A DNA stretch of 64,000 nt, taken from contig NW_026889796.1 in assembly GCF_033153115.1 (NCBI RefSeq), positions 13,950,001 through 14,014,000 on the forward strand, in the 5' to 3' direction. This document shows positions 24,467 to 37,384 of the stretch, piece after piece; the first letter of the stretch is position 1; each line of letters opens with the position of its first letter. Position numbers and translations under genes: made by a program. The notes under the pieces are model-generated. The model made no database searches. It was not told the DNA's origin and worked only from the letters and a program-made list of their open reading frames with translations. This DNA comes from Saccostrea echinata. Taxonomy: Eukaryota.

Positions 24467-25522
24467 TGGCCTTGAAAATCTTGATTGGGTCACATTGGGA
24501 TTGATGTTTTGACGACCGACATTGTGAGTAGCCCCTTTTGATGTTTTATGGCTGGTTTGATTACTGTAACAGTTGATGGAGGGATGGTTTTGGCCGCACT
24601 TAAGACAAGAGTGTGAAAATCTACAATCTTTTTTAAGACATGAACCCTTCAAGTTGAAATCGTAACAACGCTTGTGCTGGTGCAAATTAGAAGTAGGCTT
24701 GCGTTCAGCGACTGCTGCCTGACCCATGTAAATCAACCATAATTCTGCATCAATGTTTTCCCAACTGATCATACTATTTTTTGAGCGCCTAAGTCTAAAC
24801 TGAATGTCATAATCCCTCCACCCTAGTGTAGTAGACCGTGAAGCCCCTAGCCTTATTGAACTGATATACTTTATTATGCCCTGAATGTGCTGCGGACCCT
24901 TTTTTAAGTAGATGGCAGCATAAATCAAAAAGGAATCAGTCCATTCCGAAATGTTTGCAATTTTTCTATCCTTAGATTTATTTTTTATTTTAATTTCTCC
25001 ATCTTCAAACACAAGCAGTTGCTGAATTTCAGCAGCTGGATCTAAATGCAATAACTTAGCAAGATCTATATACTCATTATTCCAAATTTTTTCCTGTGTT
25101 GTCAATGGTATATTAGCCCCAAGATCTGATGTAATACTGACTAGGGGATTAACATGCATACCTGGCTGATACACAACATTTTTTGTTGCTGTAGTCATAG
25201 AGGTGTCTTGAAGCAGAGGCTGCACATCTGGAATATTTTGGGATGCGGCAACACTAAAGGTCTGTTGCAGCTGAGGCTGGTCACCTGTGATGTTCACTGG
25301 CAGTGTGGCATTCACGGGACTGACCTCGGATGTGTCTTGTAGGCCACCGGTAGGAGCATAAATCGCTTGGCTACCACTTCCTGCATGCTGCATTTGTGAG
25401 GACTCTTGTGTTGGTTGCACCGGGCGCGCCGAGGGGCCGGAAGCACGTGCAGGGGGTCTGGCATAAGGCGATTTTGTCTTGGATCTCCTTGTAGATCCCA
25501 CTCTCAACAATCCAGTGCTCAT
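24455..25522 (-). CDS. Gag-like ORF1 of the YR retrotransposon
   Basis: First ATG at 25522 (MSTGLL...); IWNNEYIDL, W..YD.QFR motif and C-terminal CYDFN..GSC...CRFSHSC..CG..H zinc fingers typical of DIRS/Ngaro gag. Confidence 0.85.
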   Translation of the reverse strand: MSTGLLRVGSTRRSKTKSPYARPPARASGPSARPVQPTQESSQMQHAGSGSQAIYAPTGGLQDTSEVSPVNATLPVNITGDQPQLQQTFSVAASQNIPDVQPLLQDTSMTTATKNVVYQPGMHVNPLVSITSDLGANIPLTTQEKIWNNEYIDLAKLLHLDPAAEIQQLLVFEDGEIKIKNKSKDRKIANISEWTDSFLIYAAIYLKKGPQHIQGIIKYISSIRLGASRSTTLGWRDYDIQFRLRRSKNSMISWENIDAELWLIYMGQAAVAERKPTSNLHQHKRCYDFNLKGSCLKKDCRFSHSCLKCGQNHPSINCYSNQTSHKTSKGATHNVGRQNINPNVTQSRFSRPFRQ

Positions 25523-26383
25523 TTTTTTGCAAAAAATGAATAAAACCGTCAAAGATTTTCTTACTCCCAATTATTAATATTCCAACACGTGTTCTATTTA
25601 ATCAAGCAATGAAAATAAAATTCTGTTGTTTTACATTACCATTTTCTAACAAATAAGTCAATAAATTTTAAACAAATTCCTTAAATATGAATTAATATGT
25701 TCGTCTTATGCGATTTTCATACTTAAATTTCTTCGATTGACACAATACTTAACCGATGATACTTGATTTTTTTTTTTTTGAGCACCGATGATTTCGTCTG
25801 CTCTGAACGAGATGGGAAGTTGAAAAGACCTAGCGCATGCTCATTAATGTTGATGTATTATTAACCATAGAATCGTCATGATAGGACCATATAATTCCGG
25901 AAAACAGGTTGCTCTTTGCAAGCAATACATAATTTCAAAATAGAAAGCAATAAGCGTCATTCTCAATAACTGTATTTATCTTTTAGGGATAAATCTGATT
26001 ATCCAATATTGGACGTGCTTCTTGTGCGTTTTCAACTATCAAATACCGGTTTTCATGGAAATATAAAAATCCCACAATCTGCTCACAATTATTGATCACA
26101 AGTAACCTTTCACATAACATTCTTTTAAAAAGAAGAACCCTTTGCCAGGTGAATTAAAAATTCAAAGCGTTCCCGCTTTCCAAACCGATTTACACCTTGT
26201 GCCGTTTTTCAAAATTTACGACGGGCAGTTAATGCAATATTTATGTGTGATTTTCCGTCTCAATGTATATATAAGAAATAAATAACAAGTAACAGAATTC
26301 TTACGGAAATGAAGTGGGTCGGCACTTGATCAAATCTTCTGATAAAGTCTTTATTTCTTAATTGGTTCACTTATATAACATAC

Positions 26384-26666
26384 CTTAATGATCTCATCCC
26401 GGACGTCCGTTAACCCGATTGTAGTTAAGTTAAAAGGGGGTTCAACTGAATTTCCAGGATACTCGGGGAAATACATAACGCAACTTCTTGATTGTTGACG
26501 TCGTGCTGATAAAAAAATAAATGTAAAGAAGCACTGCATATTTTTTAAAATAGATTCATTAGATGAAAGTTTTCGATTTTTTTTATTGCTTCAAACACTT
26601 CTTCCCTATGTAGGTCTTATAATGTCACTTAGTGGCATGAAACGGCATTATAGTGGTGGCAATCAT
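26384..26666 (-). pseudogene. Pseudogene copy of the 59-aa microprotein
   Basis: MIATTIMPFHATK*HYKTYI / ...YFPEYPGNSVEPP; TGG->TGA, donor GT->GG at 26605-26604, exon 2 is 122 nt vs 120 nt. Confidence 0.7.
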
Positions 26667-27019
26667 ATTTCTGCTCTATTTATACGGAAAAATAATTATA
26701 GAATGACATCACAATGAGTAATACAGCGCCATTAATTGTAATGTCACAGTAAAGGCATTTTTTCCGTATTTAGAACCTACAATTTTCAGAAATCTAAAAA
26801 ATCTTTTTTTTATATAATCATACTATCTTAATACATAAGACTAATAAATATTTTGACAGTTTTTCTACTTCTGTGAAATTTGCATTTAAGGTATGACTTA
26901 TAGAACACCTAAAATCCGGAGAAATTTTTTTCTAATCATAGCTTCTCATATTTCATTGTTTTGTTTGTTTTTTTTAGATTGAAATTAAAATTTTACAAGA
27001 TATAATTATAGTCATTACA

Positions 27020-27320
27020 CTGACCTTCTTTGTACACAAAACCTATCGTTGAGTCGTATCATAAATGATCATGACATGATCGACCATGATCATGTTAAGC
27101 TATTTTGACTATGGAATACTCCGATTGCCTGATCAATACAGATGGTCCAGGGTTGGTGCGGGTGTGACCACCGGTCGACAGGGGATGCTTTATCCTCCAA
27201 TGCTCCTGATCCCCCTTTTGGCGTTTTCAGGGGTCCGCGCTTTTTGCCTTGTCCTTACACAATTTGTATTCCTTAATGGATTTAAGAACGATAACTCTTC
27301 ATAATTATATTCACCTTTTA
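27020..27320 (+). mobile_element. 3' end fragment of the Penelope-like family seen at 55200-56730
   Basis: Shares GCGGGTGTGACC..GGTCGRCAGGGGATGCT....CCTCC....CCTGATCCC with 56580-56635. Confidence 0.65.
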
Positions 27321-27545
27321 CATACTGTTGCTTGAAAGGCACTTACGATGTTTCATCTTCGAAAGCCAAGTGTTTCACCAGTGGGTTGCAACGAGGTGGA
27401 TAATACATACCGAAAAAAGACCTTTCTGGAACATATTCTAACATGTTAATATTTGTATCAGTTGGTACCTTAAGTACCATTTCTAGATGCATCTCTATCA
27501 TGATTATCTTTATTATGTATTATGTATATGCTGGTGTTGATAATT

Positions 27546-28130
27546 GCCCCCCGCTTTCGCGAAAGTGAGGGTACATTAAATCTCATTCGTCAGTGTGTCC
27601 GTCTGTCAGTCTGTCACAAAATCTTTACCTGCGGTCATAACTTTTGAATGAAAAGAGATAGGACTTTCCTATTTCACATGTACATTACCAGTGACAAGAC
27701 CTTTCCATATATATATTGTGATTTTTGACCCAGTGACCTTGAAGTTTGACTTACTTTTCAAAATTTAACTTTGCTAATAGCTTTTGATTGAAAAGAGATA
27801 GGGCTTTTATATTTGATAGATGCATTATCCGTGACAGTTATTTCCAAATGTACTATGATTTTTAACCCAATGACCTTGAAGTTCGACCTAATTTTCAAAA
27901 CTTTTAACATTGCAAATTACTTTTGAGACGATATGGCATTTATATTTGACATGTGCATTACATGTACGTGTTTCAAGACCTTTCGATTGTATACTCTGGT
28001 TTTTGATATATTTTTTTTCAAATTTGCATTATTTGTGACAAGACCTTTCGGATTGTGTTATGATATTTGACCTCATGACCTTGATCTTGAGGTTTGATGT
28101 AGTTTTGAGAAGCTATAATCTTTGCAATAA
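27546..28130 (+). mobile_element. HINE/pearl-like element, same family as 7466-8330
   Basis: Hairpin CCCGCTTTCGCGAAAGTGAGGG, (CTGT)-like microsatellite, repeated TGACCTTGAAGTTTGAC core. Confidence 0.6.
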
Positions 28131-28511
28131 CTGTTATTAATTCAAAAGTTTATGTCTTCTTTGTATGATGCACAGACAAGAAGGACACACAAACAAAACA
28201 GTTACAACATGTCATAAATAATGGCATTCCATCCACTAAGATACCAAAAGCGGGGGACCACAACTCTTTGAATTTGCTTGTCTCTAAATGCTGATTATAC
28301 GCCATCATTATATAATGATTATATATGATGGTGCTTAGAAGATTTTGTTGATACTTTTTCATAATAAATAAATACTTTGTATTTAATTAGATGCTGATAA
28401 TTTATAACTAGTAATTATATGATGATTCTTTGATATTAAATGTTGAAACTTATTAATTATATGTTGATAATTTTTCTATTTATTCTTCTTATTCTAGTTT
28501 CCTGTCCTCTA

Positions 28512-29495
28512 CGAGGGGTGATCAAAAAGTTCGCGAACTATCTCTATATTTAAAAAAATCACAATTCAGATCAGAATGATATTCGGCACACATATAGTCA
28601 TACACATGTTCTATAAAAAGCAGATATAAAATAATGTTTTCCTCCGTGTTTGTGACGTCACAATGTAAAAATGACGTCAGTATATAGGTCACTTGTGACA
28701 AAAAATGGTTGACTCAGTCGTACTCGAGCAACGAACGGCTGTAAAGTTTAACGTACATCTCGGAAATTCCTTTGCAGTAGAATATGATAATTTGTATAAG
28801 GCTTATGAAGACAAAAGACTTCCCAGAAGTTCAATCATTAATTGGATTGAATGTTTTAGTGAAGGCAGGGAGAAAAATTAGTTAAAAGAGGTTAAAAATG
28901 ATGTTTGTTCTGTTGACCAGCGAGAGCAAGCCGGTAAAAAGATGTGTCCTTAGTTGAGCAATTTGTTTTGAAAGATCGCCAAGTTACAGTAAGAAAAATA
29001 GTTGAATATCTGAGCAATAATATAATTATTAAATCCCTAAAATATCGTTTAATTTAGACTTTAAACATATGAGATATGAAAAAAAGAAAGGGCGCCCATA
29101 GTTTTCCACATTGGATTAACGACGCTCTCGAGACAGAGGACTCGGATTGTGATGGTCACCATGGAAATTTTGGGAAGGGATATCCTTATCCACCCATCCT
29201 ATTGCCGAGATTTCGCCATTTCTGACAGATGGTCTGTTCTTGTTATAAAAAATTACTTGCATGGTAAGAAATACATGTATAAGACTCGAAAAATCTCTTA
29301 CCTTCTGTGAACAGACAGCAACGAAGCATGTCACGTGACCGCCTGGATCATGTGATTCGCGCATGGGCAGAACAATGGCAGATGTGCATTAAAATCGGAG
29401 ATGACTACTTTAAAAAATAATGAACACTGAAACCTCATTTTATTTCTTTTAAGGAAGTTATTCAATTAGTTCGCGAACTTCTTGATCACCCCTCG
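28512..29495 (+). mobile_element. Decayed mariner transposon
   Basis: TA|CGAGGGGTGATCAAAAAGTTCGCGAACT ... AGTTCGCGAACTTCTTGATCACCCCTCG|TA; remnants EQRTAVKF and HPSYCRDFAISD (cf. HPPYSPDLAPSD); empty TA site at ~14840. Confidence 0.9.
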
Positions 29496-30068
29496 TATAT
29501 CCTTTGTTTTTATGACTTTCTTATCTTTTCTTTGTCCTGGGGGAAGGCACAGGGCTCCCCGATTAAACAACAATATCTATTATTCGTGTNNNNNNNNNNN
29601 NNNNNNNNNNNNNNNNNNNNNNNNNNNNNNNNNNNNNNNNNNNNNNNNNNNNNNNNNNNNNNNNNNNNNNNNNNNNNNNNNNNNNNNNNNNNNNNNNNNN
29701 NNNNNNNNNNNNNNNNNNNNNNNNNNNNNNNNNNNNNNNNNNNNNNNNNNNNNNNNNNTAAGTTGAGGAGATATAATGATTATGCAAAAATATTCATGAC
29801 TGTCCATATTTTGGACATGTTTTAAAACTTTCATATTGCACTTAACACACGCTTATATCATTGCATGAGCAGGTTTTTATATTGACGTTGTGCATATTAA
29901 GTAATCACCTAAAGTTTGCAATGACATTAAAAAGCATAAAAATAACCAGGAACAAAAAACCCATAAAATATACACCATGCTGTGTATGCACTTGGTTTTT
30001 CCAATTCTAGAAGAAAATATATAAACCTCTATCAGTAAGAATTTAACGAAACCTTTCAGGCAACCAAG

Positions 30069-31453
30069 ATGCAATTTTTAACAGTAAGTCATTTTGAATA
30101 TATATAAAATGAACTTGAATTTCGTATATAAAAGATATTTGTAGATCGATTGTATTTGCAGATTCTCACGCTCATGTGTCTTGTTTCTTGATGTTGACGG
30201 TTGGTGGATGTGGGGCAAAAAAGGAAACAACAATGGATGTTCTAAACGAGGTTTGTGATGAATGCTAAAGTTTTTATTGAGAAAGAAAGATTACGAGTAA
30301 TCTTGATAAAAGGCGAGTTGTGGGATAAACCTAAGCTGGCCCATTCAGGCAAGAAACTTGATTTTCATAGCTAGTAAAATTTCATAAGTAGTTGCTTTTG
30401 AATATTTTTTTTAATTGCCAGCTAATTACAGGAGAAAAAAAAATATTAATTTACCAGTAAGAAGAATCATAAGAATATTTTTAAAGACTATTTTTTTACT
30501 TGGCGACCAAACTTTTATATTCATATTCTTTTTATTTCGATTGATACCTATAAAAATGTCTGATTAATTCTTCAAACAATAATCTGTTTATGTAATCTAA
30601 TTTAGATGGAGCTTATCCGTATTATTTTGGCACGACTAAACTCTCCTGCGTCATTAAAAAAAGTTTGAAAAGGGGAAAACGTAGTGCTCCTTCAAGAGGA
30701 ACTTTGGATTTGTCCCACCGTTTCATTGAATACAGAGGAAACTACTATGATTTTCTATGTAAGTGTTTCTTCCTATATCTCCAACGATTCTCTCAGCTTA
30801 TTTTTGTTGACATTCTATGTCTGAAGTTGGCGTAAATAGAATAATTTATCAAATAGGTATTTTCCAATCGTTTGGTCATACTGTAAAATTACTAATTTTC
30901 AATTGGATATTATTTTTTTGGTTAAAAAAACATGATACTGTATTTCAACATTCTTAAGGATATTAATTCTGATGAAAATAACGAAATCAAATCAACACGC
31001 ATATATTAAGTATTTTCACATTATTTTTAGTATTTGCAACAACTGTATAGACTTAGTGGAAATAAATATTGATTATAGTTAATAAATTATGAATTTCGAT
31101 GATACAAATAAAGAATTTATGAAATCATTCATTATATTACTCTTAAACTTTTGCTTTTGGTATTTCAATTTTTTCTCCCTCGACTAGCCAATTCCAAAGT
31201 GTCGATCTCTAAAACACAACTGTGGGGAGATTCATGTAGCGGGAAAAAGGAAGCCTCCCCAGCCGGTTACAGCGAACTCAGTCCAGAATGTATTGAAGGT
31301 TGTGCCAAAAATTACAAATGTAAGTATGGAAGATACAACTTACTGACCAACAACTGCCACCATCTCGCTAACCGGTTGTCTGAAGTCCTGTGCAGAAGAG
31401 GTACAACATGCCCAGACTGGTGCAAGGGCACATGTAACGATGCGGTATATTAA
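30069..31453 (+). pseudogene. PPPDE-like secreted protein, copy 2; 2-nt deletion in exon 2 causes frameshift and early TGA
   Basis: Exons 30069-30083, 30162-30250 (89 nt vs 91), 30606-30758, 31188-31453; downstream exons intact, so an assembly error cannot be excluded. Confidence 0.75.
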
Positions 31454-33678
31454 TAGTGATCTCTGTGATAAATGAACAAAATATTGCTATGAAATCAAGA
31501 TGGCCACTACCCTTTTGTTTATTCCAATGCTTCATAGATTAACAGTAATAAAATTGATAACTGTCTTTGTGTTATGAATACACTTTCATCTCGTAAACTC
31601 TTGATGTTTATTGTGCTTGTAATTCATGTACCACATTGTAATTTTCATCAAACCTTTTCATTTTATCTCCTGATATGATGCACACGTTATAATAAAACCC
31701 ATTTTGAAAAAAGAAATAGTCAATTGATACTGTAGAGTGTTTTTCTATTTCTCTATAAAAATCTATGGCAACTTTTTATTTCGTTAAATAGGTTTCGTTA
31801 AATTTTAAAGCTACATGTATATCTAATTTTGTGGAATTTATACATTTGAGTGGGCTTGACTTCAAAGTATATCTTCATTTAAGTTGGAATTACTGGAAAA
31901 TGTACTAGTATGTACAACACTTAATATCATTTAATTGGTATTTAAACCGTTTTAATCTTCCATCAAAAATTGATATTCATTATTATTGCTATAAAATGAT
32001 GGTAGTGTTTTTCAGTTTTAGAATAAACACTTCAATAATTCTTATTTTGTCCTTTGATCCTCATAACTTCAGAGTTCAGAATCGGGTCTTGTTCATAATG
32101 AAAAGTCAGACTGTCTATCGTGTAAGTTTGTATTGACATATAAAATGGTATTGATTTCTTTCTAATATGAAATAATTATTGTCTGTATAACACGCTGACA
32201 CTGCACATTAAAATGAAGGTTAAAAATTCAAAGTTATTTGAATTTTAGATAATTAATGTTTTTGATTATATGGTTATTCTACTTACTGGGAAATTCTTTA
32301 ATACACTTATCTTTCTATCTTTTTCGCATATTAAGGTTTGCATTTTTATTATTCTTTAAATGATCATGATTTGTTGTTTAGTTCAAATGATTGCTAGGAA
32401 ATTTACCAAAACTGGTGATGTTCTTAAAATTCGTTACATCAAATACATGCAAGTTCTTTTCTCTGGCATTGCAGAAAATACCCCTTTTACATGTTCTCCT
32501 ACTTTGAAACTCAGTACATCTTGGAATGAAATATGTGTCGAACTTTGTTTCACAGTAAATTGCATATTCTGGATACAATTTATTTATCAATTTATTTTTA
32601 TGCCCCCGTAATCGAAGATTCGGGGGCATTTAGTGTTAAGTCTATCAGTCTCTCAGTCTGTTTGTCTGTTAACCTGCTTGTCTGTCTGCAAAAACTTTAA
32701 CCATGCCCATAACTTTGAATGGTCGGTGCTAGAGCTTTTATATTTCACATGTGTGATATATACATTTGTGGTATCTTTCTATTATATAAACAAGCAGAGA
32801 GCAAGTATCTTCATACCTGATCGAAGTTTTTCAAAGGTCATTACGTGACCTAATTACACGGCGCAATAATATGTAGCCTATCTTTGTCTTATGATTTTAA
32901 AAATGGTTGTTGAAAATACGCAATTAAAACATTGACTATTTTCATGATTTTATTCAATCATATATGATTAAAAAAAAAGAACACGTTTCCTTTGGCGATT
33001 TTACATACAGAATGAACAATAATTATTAACATGATTAAAGTTCTTCGTTTTTTGTCTGCTGCGTTGAATGGTAGTCTCAATATTATCCTTTTCTGAAGAC
33101 CTTTAATCTTCATCCTAAACTCTGAATGGTATTCGATATTTTTTTCTTCATTTACCTTTTCTCACATTAAATTTACAAGTCTGCTGAAAAATATCAATGC
33201 CACAAACATTGCGGTAAACACATGACCTAGTCCAACGCCGAATCTTGACAAGGTAAGCAATCGCAAGTGTCTCTGTATCAACAACATAATGAGTATGCCT
33301 CACTGAAATCGTAGATATAATAATTATATTTAGCTAAATTATATTGTTATGTTTGATTTCTAATCTTGAATATGAAATTAAGTGACCTGGTGTCTCCATA
33401 CCTTTTCCGACCGAAATTCTTCCATTTTTTATTGTCCAATATTGGATGTTTTTCTTATGCATTTTCAAGTATCAAATACCGGTTCTCACGGACATAAAAA
33501 ATCCCACAATCTGCACACAATTATTGATCACAAGTAACCTTTCACAAAATATTCTTTTAAGAGGAGAACCCCTTTGCCAGGTGAATTCAAAACGTTCCTG
33601 CATTCCAAACCGATTAACACCCTTGCGCCGTTCTTCAAAATTTACAACGGGCAGTTAATGCAATATTTATATATGATT

Positions 33679-33721
<43 letters not shown>

Positions 33722-33763
33722 ATATATATATATACAGTGTATATATATATAAGAAATAAATGA

Positions 33764-34706
33764 TAGGGATGTAAACGAATATTCGAACATTCGAATATTC
33801 ATTCGATGAATTAATATTAGAATATGAATTTAAGATTCGAATATTCGGTATTTTTCAGATTTCATAAAAAAGAGACACTACATTTTAATTAGAACAGTGC
33901 TTGAATTATCCCCGTTATACTTACTAGAGATCCCCCGATTTCTTTCACTACTTTCTTATCTTATAGATCTTCTAAATTATTTCATTTTGAGTAAGATTCA
34001 ATGTATAAAGAAATAAACTGGAATTATTAATGTATAATACAAAAAAGTACTTCCAATAGTGTAATATGAACGGATCTAGAATCGAGGATAACGAAATGAA
34101 ATCCTTTTTGAATGTCTCAGAGACGTAAAGAGTGTAGTTATGAAAATAAATTTTATTGATCATCAAATTACATCTTCGATAGAATCAACCTGTAATATTG
34201 TAAAGGGCTCAGTTTCAGAATAATGCATCGATTTCTTGAATATCTCAGGTTGAATATATTCCTAAGTTTTAAATCATTATCGGGAAATTAATGACTTAAA
34301 AAAATTGTCTATGGAAGTGTTTGTTTATATTATCAAAGATTATATCTCTTATTAAGCTGATAATTGTAATTAATTATGTGTATTTAAATCTGAAGAGTAT
34401 ACGACAATCTTGCCCCTGGTTAGACGACTGGTTCCTCAGTCTGAGCTTGTATAGATATCATTTGTTAATATTATATTTCACTTAAATCAATTATTTATTT
34501 TAAACATTGACAAATATCAAATATAAGATTCCTTATTGTATACCTAAAAAAGTCTACATCCAATCCAATTTTACTTCCAAATACCGACGCAAAAACCTGT
34601 CATGAGAGTATGATGAGTAGATTTGCAATAAACAAGATTTCATTTATTTCATCGAATATTCGAATATATTCGAATACTTTCACTGAATACTCGAATATGA
34701 ATTATT
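33764..34706. mobile_element. hAT-like non-autonomous element, right terminus lost in gap
   Basis: Starts TAGGGATG; clusters of TATTCGAA subterminal motifs at both 33775-33850 and 34650-34700; absent at the paralogous site ~26280. Confidence 0.6.
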
Positions 34707-35234
34707 NNNNNNNNNNNNNNNNNNNNNNNNNNNNNNNNNNNNNNNNNNNNNNNNNNNNNNNNNNNNNNNNNNNNNNNNNNNNNNNNNNNNNNNNNNNNNN
34801 NNNNNNNNNNNNNNNNNNNNNNNNNNNNNNNNNNNNNNNNNNNNNNNNNNNNNNNNNNNNNNNNNNNNNNNNNNNNNNNNNNNNNNNNNNNCGAAGTAAT
34901 GAGATATAATGAATATGCAAATTTAATTTCATTTATAATCTTGGAGATGCATGTCCATTTTCTGGTACATGACTGTCCATATTGTGGACATGGTTTAACT
35001 TAACATATTGCACTTAAGTTTCACTTATTAGTGCTTTAGCAGGCTTTATGTAGACGTTCTGCATATTAAGTAATCACCTAAAGTTTGCAATGACATGAGA
35101 TAACCGTAAAAAAAAAGGAAGAAAAAAAGTAATAAAATATACACAGTGTATGTACCTGTGCTAATTCCAGTTCCGGAAGAACATATATAAACCCCTCTTG
35201 ACATAAAGCTAACAGAAACTTTCAGGCAACCAAG

Positions 35235-37384
35235 ATGCATTTTCTAGCGGTAAGTCATTCTTAATATAGATAAAACAAACTTGATTTTCGTAAGCAATAT
35301 TTTAGATTACTTAATATTTTTGCAGAATCTCACGCTCATATTTCCTTTACTTCTTTATGTTGATGGTTGGTGGATGTGGGGTAAAGAAGAAAACGACGGA
35401 TGTTCTAAACGAGGTTTGTGATGAACGTGAAAGTATATAATGAGAAAGAAAGATTACCAGAAGAGTTGTGTGATAAAAATATATGTTGGCCTATGTAGGA
35501 AAGAAAAAAAAACAATTTGCATTACGAATAAACTGTCATAAGTCGTTGCTTAGAGTGCAATTATCAAATATTCATCGAAACGACTTTCAAGACTTCTGAG
35601 TAATTCATTAATTGCCAGCAAGTTACCAGAGAAGTAAAAGAAAAAAATACAAACCATTATTAACCAGCAAAAAGAATCATAAGAATCTTAGAATATCTTT
35701 TAAAACTCATTTATTTTGCTTGAAGACCAAACTTTTAGTTTTCATTTCGATTGATACCAACATGTATTTGATTCTGTAAATGATGATCTGTTTGTGCAAT
35801 CTAATATATTCATTCAAAAAGTCGATGTCGCCAAAAGGCATTTTAATCAAATTGATCTCTTCCATTTCTGTATTTAATTTTTTAAATAATTTTTCTGAAC
35901 TTCGGTCTTTTTAGCTGTATTATGTCACACTAAAATGTATTTTTTTATTACGCACAGATGGAGCTTATCCATATTATTTTGGCACGACTGATCTTGTCTG
36001 CGTCATAATAGAAAGTAGAAAAAGGGGAAAACGCAGTGCTCCTTCAAGAGGAACTTCGGATTTGTCCCACCGTTTCATTGAATACAGAGGAAACTACTAT
36101 GATTTTCTATGTAAGTGCTTCTTCCTATTTCTCCAACGATCCTCTCTCAGAAAGCTTAATTATTTTTGTTGACATTCTATATCTGAAGTTAGCGTAAATA
36201 GAATTATTTATCAAATAGCCATTTTCCAACAGCTTGATGATACTGTAAAATCACGAATTTTCCATGGGGAAATTTTTTTTTGTGTTTGAAGGAAAAATAT
36301 GATACTGTATTTTGAAGTTTTTAACTTTCGTGGAGGATATTAATTCTGTTGAAATTAATGAAATAAAAACAGCACAAATATTAGTATTTACATTATTTGT
36401 AATATGATAATGTATTTTGAAGTTTTTAACTTTCGTGGAGGATATTAATTCTGAAGAAATTAGCGAAATAAAAACAGTACAAATATCAGTATTTTACATT
36501 TTTTGTAATATTTGAAACAACTGTGTAGACTAGGTGGAGATAAATATTGAATATAGTTAATAAGGATTACGATAATTCAAATAAAAGAATTTATTAAATC
36601 ATTTCCATTACTTTTAAACTTTTGCTTTTAATATTGACATTTATCTTGCCCGACTAGCTAATTCCAAAGTGGCTATCTCTAAAACACGATTATGGGGAAA
36701 TTCATGTAGCGGGAAAAAGGAAGCCTCCCCAGCTGGATACAGCGAACTCAGTCCAGAGTGCATTAATTGAAGGTTGTGCCAAGAATTACAAATGTAACTA
36801 TGGAAGTTACAACTTTCTGACCAACAACTGCCACCATCTCGCTAATCGGTTGTCTGAAATCCTGTGTAGAAGAGGTACAACATGCCCTGACTGGTGCAAG
36901 GGCAGCTATAGGAATGGGAGTACCAAATCCCCGGATGAACACATGGTTTTGTTTGTTACACAAAGTAGAGCAGAGTACTGAATGGGTAGGCATTACCTGA
37001 TTGGCTGAATTCAGGTATGTAATTATCTTCATTTTAAAGTAAAAATATTAATGTTTGAAATAAATGATGGAATGAGGAAATATTATAGAAAGTATAGAAA
37101 TAGCAGGGGAAGTTGTAGGAGTGGGGGGTGATTTTTGATGTAGAGTGTCATTTACTGCCGATCGCTGTAAGTTGTAAACAAGGGCAATTTTGACCTACAA
37201 ACGCCATGGGACCCTATATTTTTTTAAGTATATTTTGTAAGTGCTTAGAACAAAGTTTCAAATGATACCAAGGATTTGTCTGAAATTACCATAGGTAAGT
37301 ACTGAGAGGGCCTAAGATTTGTATTGAGTTCTATGGGAAATTAATTGGTACTCTTTTCCCTGTAACGATGTAGTATATAATTAG
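35235..37384 (+). pseudogene. PPPDE-like secreted protein, copy 3; 4-nt insertion/stop and MITE insertion in last exon
   Basis: Exons 35235-35249, 35326-35413, 35958-36110, 36658-; TGCATTAATTGA gives TGA at 36768-36770; final codons displaced to 37361-37384. Confidence 0.85.
36911..37359. mobile_element. 449-bp MITE inside the last exon of copy 3
   Basis: TIRs GGAATGGGAGTACCAAAT / AATTGGTACTCTTTTCC; 5-bp TSD CTATA/CTGTA matching the uninterrupted GGCAG-CTGTA-ACG of copy 1. Confidence 0.8.

Larger units (their letters stand above)
20720..25998 (-). mobile_element. Ngaro/DIRS-type tyrosine-recombinase retrotransposon insertion
   Basis: gag-RT/RH-YR-SGNH order; limits (approximate) set by the empty site in the paralogous unit at ~33411-33450 (CCGAAATTCTTCCATTTTTTATTGTCCAATATTGG). 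Confidence 0.9.

Noticed and set aside
21489-25342. Plus-strand ORFs inside the Ngaro element and 49035-49247
   Set aside because: Antisense shadows of real minus-strand coding sequence.
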